Assembly (NCBI GenBank): GCA_965209035.1 | Contig: OZ242372.1 | Coordinates: 672,001 to 736,000, forward strand | From: Gammaproteobacteria bacterium | GTDB taxonomy: Bacteria; Pseudomonadota; Gammaproteobacteria; CBDBNL01; JAAOII01 | Direction: 5' to 3' | DNA length: 64,000 nucleotides | Part shown: in pieces, positions 10,015-20,383 of the stretch | Numbering within the stretch: position 1 is the stretch's first letter | Layout of the letters: every line of letters begins with the position of its first letter | The notes under the pieces: model-generated | Told to the model about the DNA's origin: nothing | Seen by the model: only the letters and a program-made list of their open reading frames with translations | Databases searched by the model: none | Translations under genes and position numbers: made by a program

Positions 10015-11943
10015 ATGCAAGCTGCAGTTCTTTGGCTGTGGGTTTTAGTTGTCCTGTATTGGGCATATTGCATCTACTGGGGTATCCGGTGTATGCGTAT
10101 GTCCAAGACAGCGGGAGATTACATGATTGCGGGGAGAAGTCTTCCAATCTGGGTATATGTCCTGGCAGCAACTGCCACATCCTTTTCCGGCTGGACTTTT
10201 GTCGGCCACCCCGGTCTGTTATACACATCCGGGTTTCAATATGCTTACGCATCTTTTTATGCTATTACTATTCCGCTTACCGGTCTTCTGTTCCTTAAAA
10301 GGCAATGGCTGCTCGGCAAACGTTTCGGTTATGTAACACCGGGCGAAATGTTCGGTGATTATTTCCGTTCCAATGCCATTCGTGTGTTGATCGTAATAGT
10401 TGCGTTTATATTTTCCGTGCCTTATCTGGGCATTCAGTTACGTGCCTCCGGCTTTTTGTTTCATGTATTGACAAACGAGGCCGTAGGTATTAACGCAGGG
10501 ATGATCCTTCTTTCCGCGGTGGTGATACTTTATGTAGCATCCGGTGGTCTGAGGGCTGTTGCCTATGTGGATACATTGCAAGCAGTTTTGCTGGCATTCG
10601 GTATTCTACTCATTGGCTTTATCTCTCTGACTGCAATAGGCGGGATAGAAAGCTTTTCACGAGGGATTTTCCAGTTATCTCAAATTGATCAAAACCGAAC
10701 ACCGGCGGGTTATAGCCATTACATCGCCATTCCGGGAGTCATTCAGTTTGTATCCGCGGGTGCCAAGGCACAAGGCGGAGCATGGACCGGGGCAATGAAT
10801 CTGACTTATATGTTCGCTCTTATGGGTATTCAATCCTCGCCGGCATTTTCTATGTGGGCATTTGCCAATCAAACACCGCGTTCCTTCGCACCTCAACAGG
10901 TATGGGCGTCTTCTTTTGGTATTGGTTTCATTCTGATCGTCTTTACCGCGATTCAAGGTATGGGCGGACATCTGCTTGGAGCGGATACGGCTTTCAACGC
11001 CGCATACCCAAACAGTGTGAATAATATCCTGGGAGATGGCCTTGGCGGCTTGGATCTGCTTCAAGTTGCCGGCGCCCAAGGGCAGTTGGTTCCGCGCTTG
11101 ATTCAGTCTCTGGGCGATACTGCTCCGTTTCTGGTGGGTCTGCTGGCAGTCTGTGCGCTTGCCGCAATGCAATCCACAGGTGCGGCTTATATGTCCACGG
11201 CCGGTACCATGCTGACACGCGATGTCCTCTTACATTTCTTCAATCCGAAAATGTCGGACGGCACACAAAAATTTTGGGCGCGTCTCAGTGTGTTAGTTAT
11301 TGTTGGCTTGGCATTGGTTGTTGCGATCACTTCCACGGATGCTCTGGTTCTGCTCGGCGGGCTGGCAGTCGCATTTGGTTTTCAAATGTGGACAGCTCTC
11401 ATGGCGATATGCTACTTTCCTTGGCTTACCAGAACCGGTGTTGTCGTTGGCTTGGTTTTGGGACTGATTGCCGTGATGATGACGGAAAGCATCGGCGTAT
11501 CCTGGTTTGGCATAGAAGCCTGGGGTCGCTGGCCTCTGACATTGCATTCCGCTTTCTGGGGTATGCTGTTTAACCTGCCTGTGGCAATTGCCATTTCGTT
11601 CTTCACGCAGAACGCGGAAGATGCCGCACACAAAAATAAGTTCCACGACTTTTTGCGCGCCCACAGCGGCGTTCCGCAAGAGAAGAGAAGTTTGGTGCCG
11701 GTGGCATGGATCTTCGCTTTGGTGTGGTTCTTCTTTGGCGTAGGACCCGGTGCGGTCATTGGCAATACTCTGTTTGGCAATCCCAACGATATTAACACCT
11801 GGCTTTTTGGCATCCCTTCCATTTGGACATGGCAAATCATCTGGTGGGCTATCGGGGTTTGCATGATGTGGTTTCTTGCTTATAAGATGGAATTTTCCAC
11901 CTTTGGCGAGAAAGCGGACAGCATCAAGACCCTAAAAGAATAA
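10015..11943 (+). CDS. Sodium:solute symporter (SSS family), probably monocarboxylate/acetate uptake
   Basis: Polytopic; DYMIAGRSL, ATATSFSGWTFVGHPG, GGLRAVAYVDTLQ, LAAMQST; substrate inferred only from proximity to acs. Confidence 0.88.
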   Translation: MQAAVLWLWVLVVLYWAYCIYWGIRCMRMSKTAGDYMIAGRSLPIWVYVLAATATSFSGWTFVGHPGLLYTSGFQYAYASFYAITIPLTGLLFLKRQWLLGKRFGYVTPGEMFGDYFRSNAIRVLIVIVAFIFSVPYLGIQLRASGFLFHVLTNEAVGINAGMILLSAVVILYVASGGLRAVAYVDTLQAVLLAFGILLIGFISLTAIGGIESFSRGIFQLSQIDQNRTPAGYSHYIAIPGVIQFVSAGAKAQGGAWTGAMNLTYMFALMGIQSSPAFSMWAFANQTPRSFAPQQVWASSFGIGFILIVFTAIQGMGGHLLGADTAFNAAYPNSVNNILGDGLGGLDLLQVAGAQGQLVPRLIQSLGDTAPFLVGLLAVCALAAMQSTGAAYMSTAGTMLTRDVLLHFFNPKMSDGTQKFWARLSVLVIVGLALVVAITSTDALVLLGGLAVAFGFQMWTALMAICYFPWLTRTGVVVGLVLGLIAVMMTESIGVSWFGIEAWGRWPLTLHSAFWGMLFNLPVAIAISFFTQNAEDAAHKNKFHDFLRAHSGVPQEKRSLVPVAWIFALVWFFFGVGPGAVIGNTLFGNPNDINTWLFGIPSIWTWQIIWWAIGVCMMWFLAYKMEFSTFGEKADSIKTLKE

Positions 11944-11978
11944 GGGGATTGCAAACCTAATAACCATCCCGACCATTT

Positions 11979-12188
11979 ATGCTTCTCGGCGTAGTCATTT
12001 TGGCGGCACTGCTTTATTATCCGGTGTATCGGTTAATTCTTGTGTTAAGTGTCGGTCGCCTGCAGAAAAAACTCGGCAAACCTCTGTCCGAAGAGGAAAT
12101 CAACGGACAGAAACGCCGGGCACTTTTTATTTCTATTCTGCTGGTGCCCGTGTTTTCGTACATTTACAATGTGGGGATAAACGCTTGA
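11979..12188 (+). CDS. Small two-TM membrane protein
   Basis: 69-aa ORF with two hydrophobic stretches, between the symporter and the TPR gene and abutting the next ATG. Confidence 0.7.
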   Translation: MLLGVVILAALLYYPVYRLILVLSVGRLQKKLGKPLSEEEINGQKRRALFISILLVPVFSYIYNVGINA

Positions 12189-12776
12189 ATGAAGCAAGAC
12201 AGCCAATATGCGGCTCTTAAGTATGTCGCCTTTGGACTGGGAGCGGTATGGTTAATATGGATCTTTTATGACGGCGTCCTGCAGGACGCCGGAGATCCAT
12301 TAAAATCCGCTTACAATCGCGCATCGCGCGATTTTAAAGACGGTCATTACGACAAAGCACTCGCAAGTTATGATGCCGTGCTTTCCATTGAGCCAAACCA
12401 CGAGGGGGCTCTTGGCGGCAAGGCCGCTTCTTTTTCAATGCTTGGACGATACCAAGAATCTTTGGAAACTTACAATTTTTTAATTCGCGAATATCCGGGA
12501 GACGGCATTCATTATGCCAATCGCGGCATACTGCACGACAGGATGGGCTCTTATCGCCCGGCAATAGCCGACTATGACAAGGCTTATCAGCTGGATAAGG
12601 ATCTGAACAAGGGACCGGGTTGGTTGACGCGGTTTTTACGCAATCAACAAAAAACTCCCGCTACCATAGTTGCCAGATCACATTACCTGAAAGAGCAACT
12701 GAAGTTGCCACCGCAGGAAAGAGTTTTGACTAACCCGCCGGAAGACAAAAAACAAAGACCCTATATCAGAAGATAG
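12189..12776 (+). CDS. Membrane-anchored tetratricopeptide-repeat protein
   Basis: N-terminal TM, then TPR patterns (YDKALASYDAVLSIEPN, YANRGILHDRMGSYRPAIADYDKAYQLD). Confidence 0.85.
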   Translation: MKQDSQYAALKYVAFGLGAVWLIWIFYDGVLQDAGDPLKSAYNRASRDFKDGHYDKALASYDAVLSIEPNHEGALGGKAASFSMLGRYQESLETYNFLIREYPGDGIHYANRGILHDRMGSYRPAIADYDKAYQLDKDLNKGPGWLTRFLRNQQKTPATIVARSHYLKEQLKLPPQERVLTNPPEDKKQRPYIRR

Positions 12777-12819
12777 CGGGTCTATGCCATGCGGGGCTGT
12801 GCGGGGCCGTGCGGGGTTA

Positions 12820-13956
12820 TTACCGGCTGATCCTTTTTTGAGTGCGCGGAGAAAACAGATGGAATTCTTTAACACTGAGACGAATTTTTTCGCCGACGCC
12901 AAAGTTTTGCCGTCGATGAAACAGGACAATTAATGGGTCTCCGGGCGGCGACAGACAATGCAGCACAGTTTGTGAACCCGTGTGTTCCGCCAATGTAACC
13001 CGCACTTCCGTTCCTTCTCTCGTGCTCGCTTCTTTGTCTTTTTTAATGCTCTTTTTTTCCGAAGCAGATAAATGAAAATGTTCGGGGCGAACACCGAGGA
13101 TCACTTCTTTCTCCCTATTATCATTGTTATCATTACCTTTTACACTTGCGACATCCGTATTGGGTAACTCGAGTGACCAGTTGTTTTTATGAAATACAAG
13201 TGCGCCCTTCTCTCTTCGCACAGTTCCCCGGATAAAATTCATTGCCGGCGAGCCAATGAAACCCGCCACAAACAGGTTGTTCGGTTTGTCATACAACTCC
13301 ATCGGTTTTCCCTGCCGAACAATGCGACCGCGATCCAAAATGACGACTTGATCGGCAAGGGTCATGGCTTCCACCTGGTCGTGGGTTACATAAATAATGG
13401 TGTTCTTAAATTTTTGATGCAGTCTTTTGATTTCGGAACGCATGTGCATACGCAATTTGGCGTCCAAGTTAGACAGAGGTTCGTCAAACAAAAATAAATC
13501 GGGATTACGCACCAGAGCGCGACCCATCGCAACGCGTTGCCTTTGGCCGCCGGATAATTGGGCGGGGCGATAACTGAGTTGCTCGCGAAGATTGAGCGTA
13601 TCGGCGACCTCCCCCACCCTTCTTTTTATTTCTTTGGCGGATACCTTGCGAATTTTTAAGCCGTAAGAAATATTGTCGTAAACATTCATATGGGGAAAGA
13701 GCGCGTAGCTCTGAAAAACCATTGAAGTGTTTCTTTGTTGGGGAGCGAGACGGGTGTAGTCCCGGTTATTGACTAGAACCCGTCCCCGGGTGGGCTCTTC
13801 CAGACCGGCAATGATCCGCAGAAGAGTTGTTTTGCCGCAACCGGAAGGGCCGATCAGGACGACAAATTCTTTATCGGCAATTTTCATGTTGATGTTTTCA
13901 AGGACAGCTTTGTCGCCAAATGATTTGTCAATGTTTTTGATTTCAAGTTTTGCCAT
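12820..13956 (-). CDS. Sugar ABC transporter ATP-binding subunit (MalK/UgpC family)
   Basis: GPSGCGKTT, LSGGQRQRVAMGRA, FDEPLSNLDAKLR, FIGSPAMN. Confidence 0.96.
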   Translation of the reverse strand: MAKLEIKNIDKSFGDKAVLENINMKIADKEFVVLIGPSGCGKTTLLRIIAGLEEPTRGRVLVNNRDYTRLAPQQRNTSMVFQSYALFPHMNVYDNISYGLKIRKVSAKEIKRRVGEVADTLNLREQLSYRPAQLSGGQRQRVAMGRALVRNPDLFLFDEPLSNLDAKLRMHMRSEIKRLHQKFKNTIIYVTHDQVEAMTLADQVVILDRGRIVRQGKPMELYDKPNNLFVAGFIGSPAMNFIRGTVRREKGALVFHKNNWSLELPNTDVASVKGNDNNDNREKEVILGVRPEHFHLSASEKKSIKKDKEASTREGTEVRVTLAEHTGSQTVLHCLSPPGDPLIVLFHRRQNFGVGEKIRLSVKEFHLFSPRTQKRISR

Positions 13957-13986
13957 GGTGTTACTGTTTGTGTTTGTTTGTTATTG

Positions 13987-14787
13987 TTAGAAACTGTTTG
14001 TGTTGCTGTCGGTGATCTCGGCTGCCATGCCAATATTGCCGACACTCAGTCCGCAATCTACGGGTAGCAGAACGCCGCTAATGGCGGCTGCCTTGTCCGA
14101 GAGTAAGAATTCGGCCGCATCGGCAATATCCTGCGGACAGACCAAGCGGCCGAGCGGATAATATTTGCGGAGAGTTTGCATTAGTTGCGGTCGCTTGGCC
14201 AGACGCTGTTCCCAGGCGACTGTCTTGACAGAACCGGGACAGATGGCATTAATCCGCAGTCCGTGACGGCCGTATTCGGCCGCCAGGGAAAAGACCATAT
14301 TATGAAGAGCCGCTTTGGCCGCACTGTAGGCCGGATTCCCGTAATACCGGAAACCGTTGACACTACCGATGAACAACATCACTCCCGCCCTTTTTATGAA
14401 GGCCGGCATCAGCGCATGGCAACAATAATAGGCGGAATTCATATTTAAGTTCATCTCCGTTTGCCATTGGGTCGGGTCTAAGGCCGCGTATGTTTCCGCT
14501 CGGGTCTCGCCGACATTGTTGATAAACCTTGTAATGCCAGAATTCTCCGCGGGCAACCGAGAAAAAACCTTCGCCACTTCGGCGGCGGAAGTAACATCCA
14601 AGCAGACAAACCGTACTCTGCCATCGCATTCGGTGAGAGTGTTGTTAATGCGTTCGGCGGATTTTTGCCCCGCCTTCTCGTCCCGGTCTATGGCGAACAC
14701 TTGCATACCCAAGCGGGCAAAATGAGCGGTCAGTGCTTCGCCTATGCCTTTGGCAGATCCGGTAATGATGATCCCTGCGGCTTTCAT
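13987..14787 (-). CDS. Short-chain dehydrogenase/reductase
   Basis: TGSAKGIG, YSAAK catalytic motif, RINAICPG. Confidence 0.93.
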   Translation of the reverse strand: MKAAGIIITGSAKGIGEALTAHFARLGMQVFAIDRDEKAGQKSAERINNTLTECDGRVRFVCLDVTSAAEVAKVFSRLPAENSGITRFINNVGETRAETYAALDPTQWQTEMNLNMNSAYYCCHALMPAFIKRAGVMLFIGSVNGFRYYGNPAYSAAKAALHNMVFSLAAEYGRHGLRINAICPGSVKTVAWEQRLAKRPQLMQTLRKYYPLGRLVCPQDIADAAEFLLSDKAAAISGVLLPVDCGLSVGNIGMAAEITDSNTNSF

Positions 14788-15968
14788 ATGGCGTTCCGGC
14801 CTCTTTTGTGCAAAATTTGTTTAAGGGTTTTCAAATTATCGGTTGTTAGGAGACCGTAGTTATAAAAAGCAATTTGAGGAATTTCGTGCTTTGCCAATTC
14901 CGGAAGTATTTGATTGAGTTCTTCGGTCTGCATATCCGGTAAGCCGGGACGCAGAATGCAGTTGATGTCTGCCTTTGCCGCGGCCGAGCGATTGCGAACC
15001 ATTAGGAAATTGGCAAGAATTTTTGTGAAGTTGTCGCCATAAAGCGGAAGTTCCAAATAATCCGACGCTTTGGCAAGGGCGGCATAATCCGTTCCTTCGG
15101 TCCAAGCAAGGCCGAGCGGTTGTCGAACACTCGGGATACAACCCAGGGATACCGCCGAAGGAATACTTTGTTTTATCTCGCCGACCAAAGATGTCACTTG
15201 TTGGCTGCGCCAATTAATGAAATCACCGAGGCCTTCGCCTTGTTTGTCTTGCAGAAAATCATAGAGCATCCAGCTTTCGGCACTGTCGGCGAGATCCGGC
15301 GCGTAGTTTAGTTGAAAATCCAATTGCTTTTTGACTTTGTCACGGACGGAAACAAAGTCTATGCCGGCCGCCTCGGCTCGCTTTTGGCAGGCCTCGCAAA
15401 AACACAATCCCAGCAGAGTTTCAACAAAAGCATTGAGCGGAAATTGCGAAAATTCATGGTGGTAACCGTGCGCGTAAGGCATAAAGCCGGGCGTTTCAAC
15501 AACGATGCTTTGGATGGGATAATTCTCGGCCAGGTCTTTGCAGAGAGTGACGGCGTATTCTCGGACAGAATCTTGAGACAAGCATAAGTTGTACACATAT
15601 CCGTCGCCATAGACATTCTTGACTGTGAGGTGCGGGTGTTTGCCACCCAGTCGGCTGTTGTGAAAGAGCACTGTCCAAGCGCGAACATCGGCTTGAGTGG
15701 CAATCTTTTTATAAAGATCCGTATCGTTTACGATGGAACTCATTTGGGGTTTGACTTCGCCGTAAACCGCCCGCGGACGAAAGTAAACCGTGCCGTCTTC
15801 GGGAAAGTAAACGCGAGATTTTTGGTTGCGCGGCTGCAAGAACTTGCCGGCATGATAGGATGCCGCCAGAGTGATGCTGTCGCAGCCGAGGGATTTTAAG
15901 TCAGTTAATGCGTCCCGCAGTGGTCTGTCGGCCAGGTCCCATAAGTATACATAAGCGGAAAATTTCAT
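14784..15968 (-). CDS. Uncharacterised TIM-barrel, glycoside-hydrolase-like protein
   Basis: Start MKFSAYVYLWD at 15968 overlaps the permease stop (ATGA); LAASYH, WTVLFHNSRLG and CFCEAC cluster; lies inside a sugar ABC operon; fold is inferred. Confidence 0.6.
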   Translation of the reverse strand: MKFSAYVYLWDLADRPLRDALTDLKSLGCDSITLAASYHAGKFLQPRNQKSRVYFPEDGTVYFRPRAVYGEVKPQMSSIVNDTDLYKKIATQADVRAWTVLFHNSRLGGKHPHLTVKNVYGDGYVYNLCLSQDSVREYAVTLCKDLAENYPIQSIVVETPGFMPYAHGYHHEFSQFPLNAFVETLLGLCFCEACQKRAEAAGIDFVSVRDKVKKQLDFQLNYAPDLADSAESWMLYDFLQDKQGEGLGDFINWRSQQVTSLVGEIKQSIPSAVSLGCIPSVRQPLGLAWTEGTDYAALAKASDYLELPLYGDNFTKILANFLMVRNRSAAAKADINCILRPGLPDMQTEELNQILPELAKHEIPQIAFYNYGLLTTDNLKTLKQILHKRGRNAI

Positions 15969-16795
15969 TTTACCGCTCCCATGGACAGACCTTCTATGAG
16001 GTACTTTTGCAGCCAAGCAAAAGCGATCGCCACGGGAAGAATTGCAAGCAGACTGGCGCCCATCACATGATGCCATTCTATTGAGTATCGGCCGCCGACC
16101 AGAGAATGAACTTGCAAAGTGAGGGTGAACTTCTCTTGCGAACGCAGCACGGACAGGGCTATGACGAATTCATTCCATGCCATGACGAAAGTGAAAATGG
16201 CGGCTACAACCAGGGCCGGAAGTGCAAGGGGTAAAAATACGCCGATGACGCCGCGCAGCCTTCCGCAGCCTTCCAGCCAGGCCGCTTCTTCCAGATCCTT
16301 GGGGATCGTCGCAAAGTAATTTTGCAGCATCCAAACACAAAACGCAAGATTGAAAGCGGTATAACATAAAACCAGAGAATTCAGTTGGTCTATGAGACCC
16401 AGATAAGCAATGAGTTTAAACAGCCCGACGACAAGAACAATCGGCGAGAGCATTTGAGTTACCAGTAAGAAGTAACTGACAAAATTTTTGGCGCGAAATT
16501 TGTAACGTGCCAGCGCGTAAGCCATCGGGACGGCAATGAACAGAGTGCAGATGGTGCTGGCACCCGCCACATACAAACTGTTAACCAGGGCTCTGCCGAA
16601 GCCGGTCGCTTGCCACATGTCCGCATAGTTCCGCCAATTGAACATTTCGGGCAGCCAGCGAGTCGGATAGGCGAATACTTCCGCCTGGGACTTGAGCGAG
16701 GTGAGCAGCATGACAGCCATCGGGAACAAAATAAAAAATAGAACCGGAAGCATGAACGACCAGCAGATTAAAGTCTTATATAGTTTGTTTTGCAC
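15965..16795 (-). CDS. Carbohydrate ABC transporter permease (MalG-like)
   Basis: EAA motif IPKDLEEAAWLEGC; AWNEF. Confidence 0.95.
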   Translation of the reverse strand: MQNKLYKTLICWSFMLPVLFFILFPMAVMLLTSLKSQAEVFAYPTRWLPEMFNWRNYADMWQATGFGRALVNSLYVAGASTICTLFIAVPMAYALARYKFRAKNFVSYFLLVTQMLSPIVLVVGLFKLIAYLGLIDQLNSLVLCYTAFNLAFCVWMLQNYFATIPKDLEEAAWLEGCGRLRGVIGVFLPLALPALVVAAIFTFVMAWNEFVIALSVLRSQEKFTLTLQVHSLVGGRYSIEWHHVMGASLLAILPVAIAFAWLQKYLIEGLSMGAVK

Positions 16796-17696
16796 TTTTT
16801 TGTATCAGTCGGATATATAAAACAATAAAAATCATTAGGATGGCGAACATAATCAGCGAAAGAGCGGCGGCATCATCCAAACGCCCGAAACGAAATGCCA
16901 ACTTGTATAAATAAGTTACCAGAATGTCCGTGGCATTTGCGGGACCTCCCTGAGTGGTGACCCAAATGATCGGGAAAGAATTAAAGACATAAATCATGTT
17001 CAACACAATTGCCATGTTCAAAAAAGGACGCATCATTGGCAAGGTGAGGGTGTAAAATCTGCGCACATAGTCGGCGCCTTCCACTCTGGCCGCATCATAA
17101 ATCTCCGCGGAAATAGACGCCAAACCGCCAAGAAAAATTGCAACTGTGAACGGAATAGAAACAATGATGCCGATGACTATTTGCCAGGCAAATGCGGTGA
17201 TTGCCGTCCCAAACCAAAATATAGGTTCGTTGATTAACCCGGCCTGACGTAACAGATGGTTCATTAACCCGTATTCTCCGTTTAGAACCCAACGCCAAAC
17301 AATGCCCATCATGGCAAGAGAGATTGCCCAGGGTAACATGATCAAAACACGGGCGATGTTTCTGCCGTAAAAATTTTCTCGCAGAATTAATGCCAGGGGC
17401 ATAGACAAAACAATGGTCCCCGTAACCACAAGGATCATCCATATCAGGGTGCGCGCAAGAGCGCCAAAAAATAAAGGGTCGGTAAGAACAGTGCCGAAGT
17501 TTTCCAGACCGACAAAACCGCGCAGGCTGCCAAAACGACTTACATTATGCGATGCCAGAATAATGAGCTCCGTTAGCGGGTAAAGAATGACAAATCCCGC
17601 AAACAATAATCCGGGAAGGACCATCATATAAGGGAAGTATCCGCCTCTTTGGCGCAAGTTTTCCTTGGGCCTCACTTTTTCTTCTTGCCGCCGCAC
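16776..17696 (-). CDS. Carbohydrate ABC transporter permease (MalF-like)
   Basis: FVGLENF, EIYDAARVEGA, TQGGPANAT. Confidence 0.95.
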   Translation of the reverse strand: MRRQEEKVRPKENLRQRGGYFPYMMVLPGLLFAGFVILYPLTELIILASHNVSRFGSLRGFVGLENFGTVLTDPLFFGALARTLIWMILVVTGTIVLSMPLALILRENFYGRNIARVLIMLPWAISLAMMGIVWRWVLNGEYGLMNHLLRQAGLINEPIFWFGTAITAFAWQIVIGIIVSIPFTVAIFLGGLASISAEIYDAARVEGADYVRRFYTLTLPMMRPFLNMAIVLNMIYVFNSFPIIWVTTQGGPANATDILVTYLYKLAFRFGRLDDAAALSLIMFAILMIFIVLYIRLIQKSAKQTI

Positions 17697-17775
17697 TATT
17701 ATTGCACTCTTATATCACCAAAAAGATGAACGGGGTTCTCTCTTTTTGTTAAATTCAAAACCGCTGTAAACCGCC

Positions 17776-17800
17776 ATGGCACCGTATAAAACGGTGCCAT
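17776..17800. terminator. Perfect 10-bp hairpin between the binding-protein and permease genes (mRNA stabiliser or partial terminator)
   Basis: ATGGCACCGT-ATAAA-ACGGTGCCAT. Confidence 0.6.
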
Positions 17801-17821
17801 AACGAGAAATAATTGACTTAT

Positions 17822-19045
17822 TTAATTTTTAATGATGCGATTAACTTGCTTGGCCGCCCGTCTGAGGTTGGTGCGCGCGTTGCCCTTGCCTTGGTAAGTT
17901 TTTTGCAAGGCACTGCCGGTCGCATCCGCAGCTTCTTCCCAACCCTTCAGAGTCGGCGCAAAGTGCGCATAGGGTAACATGCCGGAAAATGCTTGCAGGT
18001 TTGGATCATTGGCAAAGTAAGGATCCGCCGCCACCTTCACGTGCACAGGCATAAATCCCTCTCCTTTGGTGAACTTGCTGCGCCACTTCTCTTGGAAAAT
18101 AAAGTCCAGGAATTTAAATGCCGCATCCTTGTTTTTGGAATTTTTGAAAAGAACAATGGAGTCTGTCACGCCGTATGTTGCATACCTTTTGGCCTTGGGA
18201 ATGAGAGCAATACCAAAATCAACATTTGGCGCTTCCGCTTTCATTTGACCCGTCAGCCAGGGACCGGTAAACATCATACCGAGCCTTCCCTGCTTGAACA
18301 GATTCTGAAGGTCTTCGCGCGCATAATCGGTTACACCGGGCTGTGTCAAACCTTTGTCAATCATCTTTTTATAGAAGTTTGCCGCTTGTATGGCTTCGGG
18401 AGAAGCAATGCCACTCTTACCGTCAACGACAATATCACCGCCAAAGGCCCAGAGTGCGTAATACCAATAAGCATCCGTTTCAATTTCCTTGCCCTGTAAG
18501 CCGAATCCATAGGCATCCGGTAAGGCGGAAATTTTTTCGGCAGCTGCGTAAAGTTGATCCCAAGTTTCGGGAACGGAAGTTACGCCGGCCTTTGCAAAAA
18601 GTTCTTTATTGTAATACATGGCACGGGCCGAGGCGGCTACGGGCAAGCCGTAGGTTTTGCCGTTCAGAACGGACGGTGCCAGGAAGTTACCAATGAACCT
18701 GCTTTTTAACTCGGGCGTCATATGACCGTCCAAGGGTTCAATCACATCTTGGTCGACAAAATCCAACAGCCATCTGGTGCCGATAATGGCGATGTCCGCG
18801 TTGGCATTGGCGGTAATGTCGGTAGTCAGTTTTTGTAACAGGTTATCCCAGTTAACAACTTCCACTTTGACCTTAATGTTTTTGTTCTGTCTTTCAAATG
18901 CACGGGCGGCCTCTTCAAAGATGGGGCCGGATTTGGCACTATAGTATGCCACCGTGAATCTGACTTCATCGGCTGCTTGAACATTGATGCTCAAGAACCC
19001 GAAAGATAAAAGAAAGATATAAAAAAGAGTTTTGATTTTTTTCAT
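17822..19045 (-). CDS. Sugar ABC transporter substrate-binding protein
   Basis: Signal peptide ending VQA-AD; GKTYGLP, MYYNKELFAKAG, PETWDQL. Confidence 0.95.
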   Translation of the reverse strand: MKKIKTLFYIFLLSFGFLSINVQAADEVRFTVAYYSAKSGPIFEEAARAFERQNKNIKVKVEVVNWDNLLQKLTTDITANANADIAIIGTRWLLDFVDQDVIEPLDGHMTPELKSRFIGNFLAPSVLNGKTYGLPVAASARAMYYNKELFAKAGVTSVPETWDQLYAAAEKISALPDAYGFGLQGKEIETDAYWYYALWAFGGDIVVDGKSGIASPEAIQAANFYKKMIDKGLTQPGVTDYAREDLQNLFKQGRLGMMFTGPWLTGQMKAEAPNVDFGIALIPKAKRYATYGVTDSIVLFKNSKNKDAAFKFLDFIFQEKWRSKFTKGEGFMPVHVKVAADPYFANDPNLQAFSGMLPYAHFAPTLKGWEEAADATGSALQKTYQGKGNARTNLRRAAKQVNRIIKN

Positions 19046-19328
19046 ACTAATTATGTTCTCCTTAATGAATGATTTGATTAAAAGTAATATGCCGGATGTT
19101 ATGGCAAGAGAACATCGCCCTGTTCAATCCACGGACTGAATGCGGCGACCTTCTCTTTTTGTATAACATCTGTCATTTGTTTATTATATACACAAAATTG
19201 GATTTTTGTCACTTAAAAGAAAAAACGGACTTCGGGACCGAGAGCTCGCCCCCCGGAAAATCTCCCCGGAAGAGATAATATCAACAACAAAGTTCCAAAT
19301 AATTCTCCCGTTGTTTATAATGGAAAGC

Positions 19329-20312
19329 ATGAAAGGACTTATCCTTAACCAAGATACGGAGGGAAAAACTCTCGCTCAGGTGACAGCAATTGACGAAGCA
19401 CAATTGCCCGAAGGAGATATCACTATTAATGTGGGTTATTCCGCCATTAACTATAAAGATGCACTCGCTATTACCGGTAAAGGCAAAATTGTCCGGTCGT
19501 TTCCGTTTGTGCCGGGTATTGACTTATGCGGCGAGGTTTGTGCTTCTGCAAATGCCTCCTTCCCGGTAGGGATGAAAGTCGTTGCTACCGGTTGGGGCAT
19601 AGGAGAACGCCATTGGGGCGGGCTTGCGGAAAAAGCGCGTCTAAAAGCAAAATGGGTTACCCCCCTGCCGGAGGAATTGGATGAGATTTCAGCAATGTCA
19701 CTCGGTACCGCGGGGATTACGGCAATGTTGTGTGTTGATGCATTGAGATCAACAGATCCCGGGAAAGGCCCCATGATCGTCAGCGGCGCGAGCGGCGGCG
19801 TCGGGAGTTTGGCGGTGAAGTTACTTGCCGAACTCGGTTATGAGGTGACCGCGGTCACTTCGGAGGCCGGTAAGGATTGGGTGCGAGAATTGGGCGCAAA
19901 ACAATGTGTGATGCGAGAAGAAATGGCAAAAGAATGCCGACCTTTGGAAGGAGCAAAATGGGCCGGGGGCGCGGACACGGTCGGTGGCACAGTGTTGTCC
20001 CGTATTCTGGCAGAATCTATGCCGGGTAGTTCGGTCGCAGCCTGCGGTTTGGCGGGCGGAGTTTCCTTAAAGACGACTGTGATGCCGTTTATTTTACGCG
20101 GCGTCAAACTAATCGGTATAGACAGTGTTTATATAGAACCCGCAAAACGCGTTGAATTGTGGCAGTTTTTGGCAAAAACATTGAAAAGGGATTTTCTACA
20201 CAAAATGGCAACCGTCATATCATTGGATGAGGCAGCCACATACGGCGAACAGATATTGAAAGGTGAAACTACGGGCCGTATTGTTGTTGATGTAAAAAAA
20301 AATAAAGATTGA
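19329..20312 (+). CDS. acuI: Acryloyl-CoA reductase AcuI/YhdH (MDR family)
   Basis: SAINYKDALAITGKG, PFVPGIDL, GIGERHWGGLAEKAR, TTVMPFILRGVKLIGIDSV; start placed at MKGLIL. Confidence 0.88.
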   Translation: MKGLILNQDTEGKTLAQVTAIDEAQLPEGDITINVGYSAINYKDALAITGKGKIVRSFPFVPGIDLCGEVCASANASFPVGMKVVATGWGIGERHWGGLAEKARLKAKWVTPLPEELDEISAMSLGTAGITAMLCVDALRSTDPGKGPMIVSGASGGVGSLAVKLLAELGYEVTAVTSEAGKDWVRELGAKQCVMREEMAKECRPLEGAKWAGGADTVGGTVLSRILAESMPGSSVAACGLAGGVSLKTTVMPFILRGVKLIGIDSVYIEPAKRVELWQFLAKTLKRDFLHKMATVISLDEAATYGEQILKGETTGRIVVDVKKNKD

Positions 20313-20383
20313 CCGTATATCCTTACCTAATGACTAATTTAACCCTATAATGACATTGTGGAGGTACCAAAGAAACAACTATT

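Noticed and set aside
15969-16076. Long upstream starts in the ORF track (16076, 19206, 21958)
   Set aside because: Two overlap neighbouring genes and all add non-conserved-looking N-termini; 15968, 19329 and 22105 fit better
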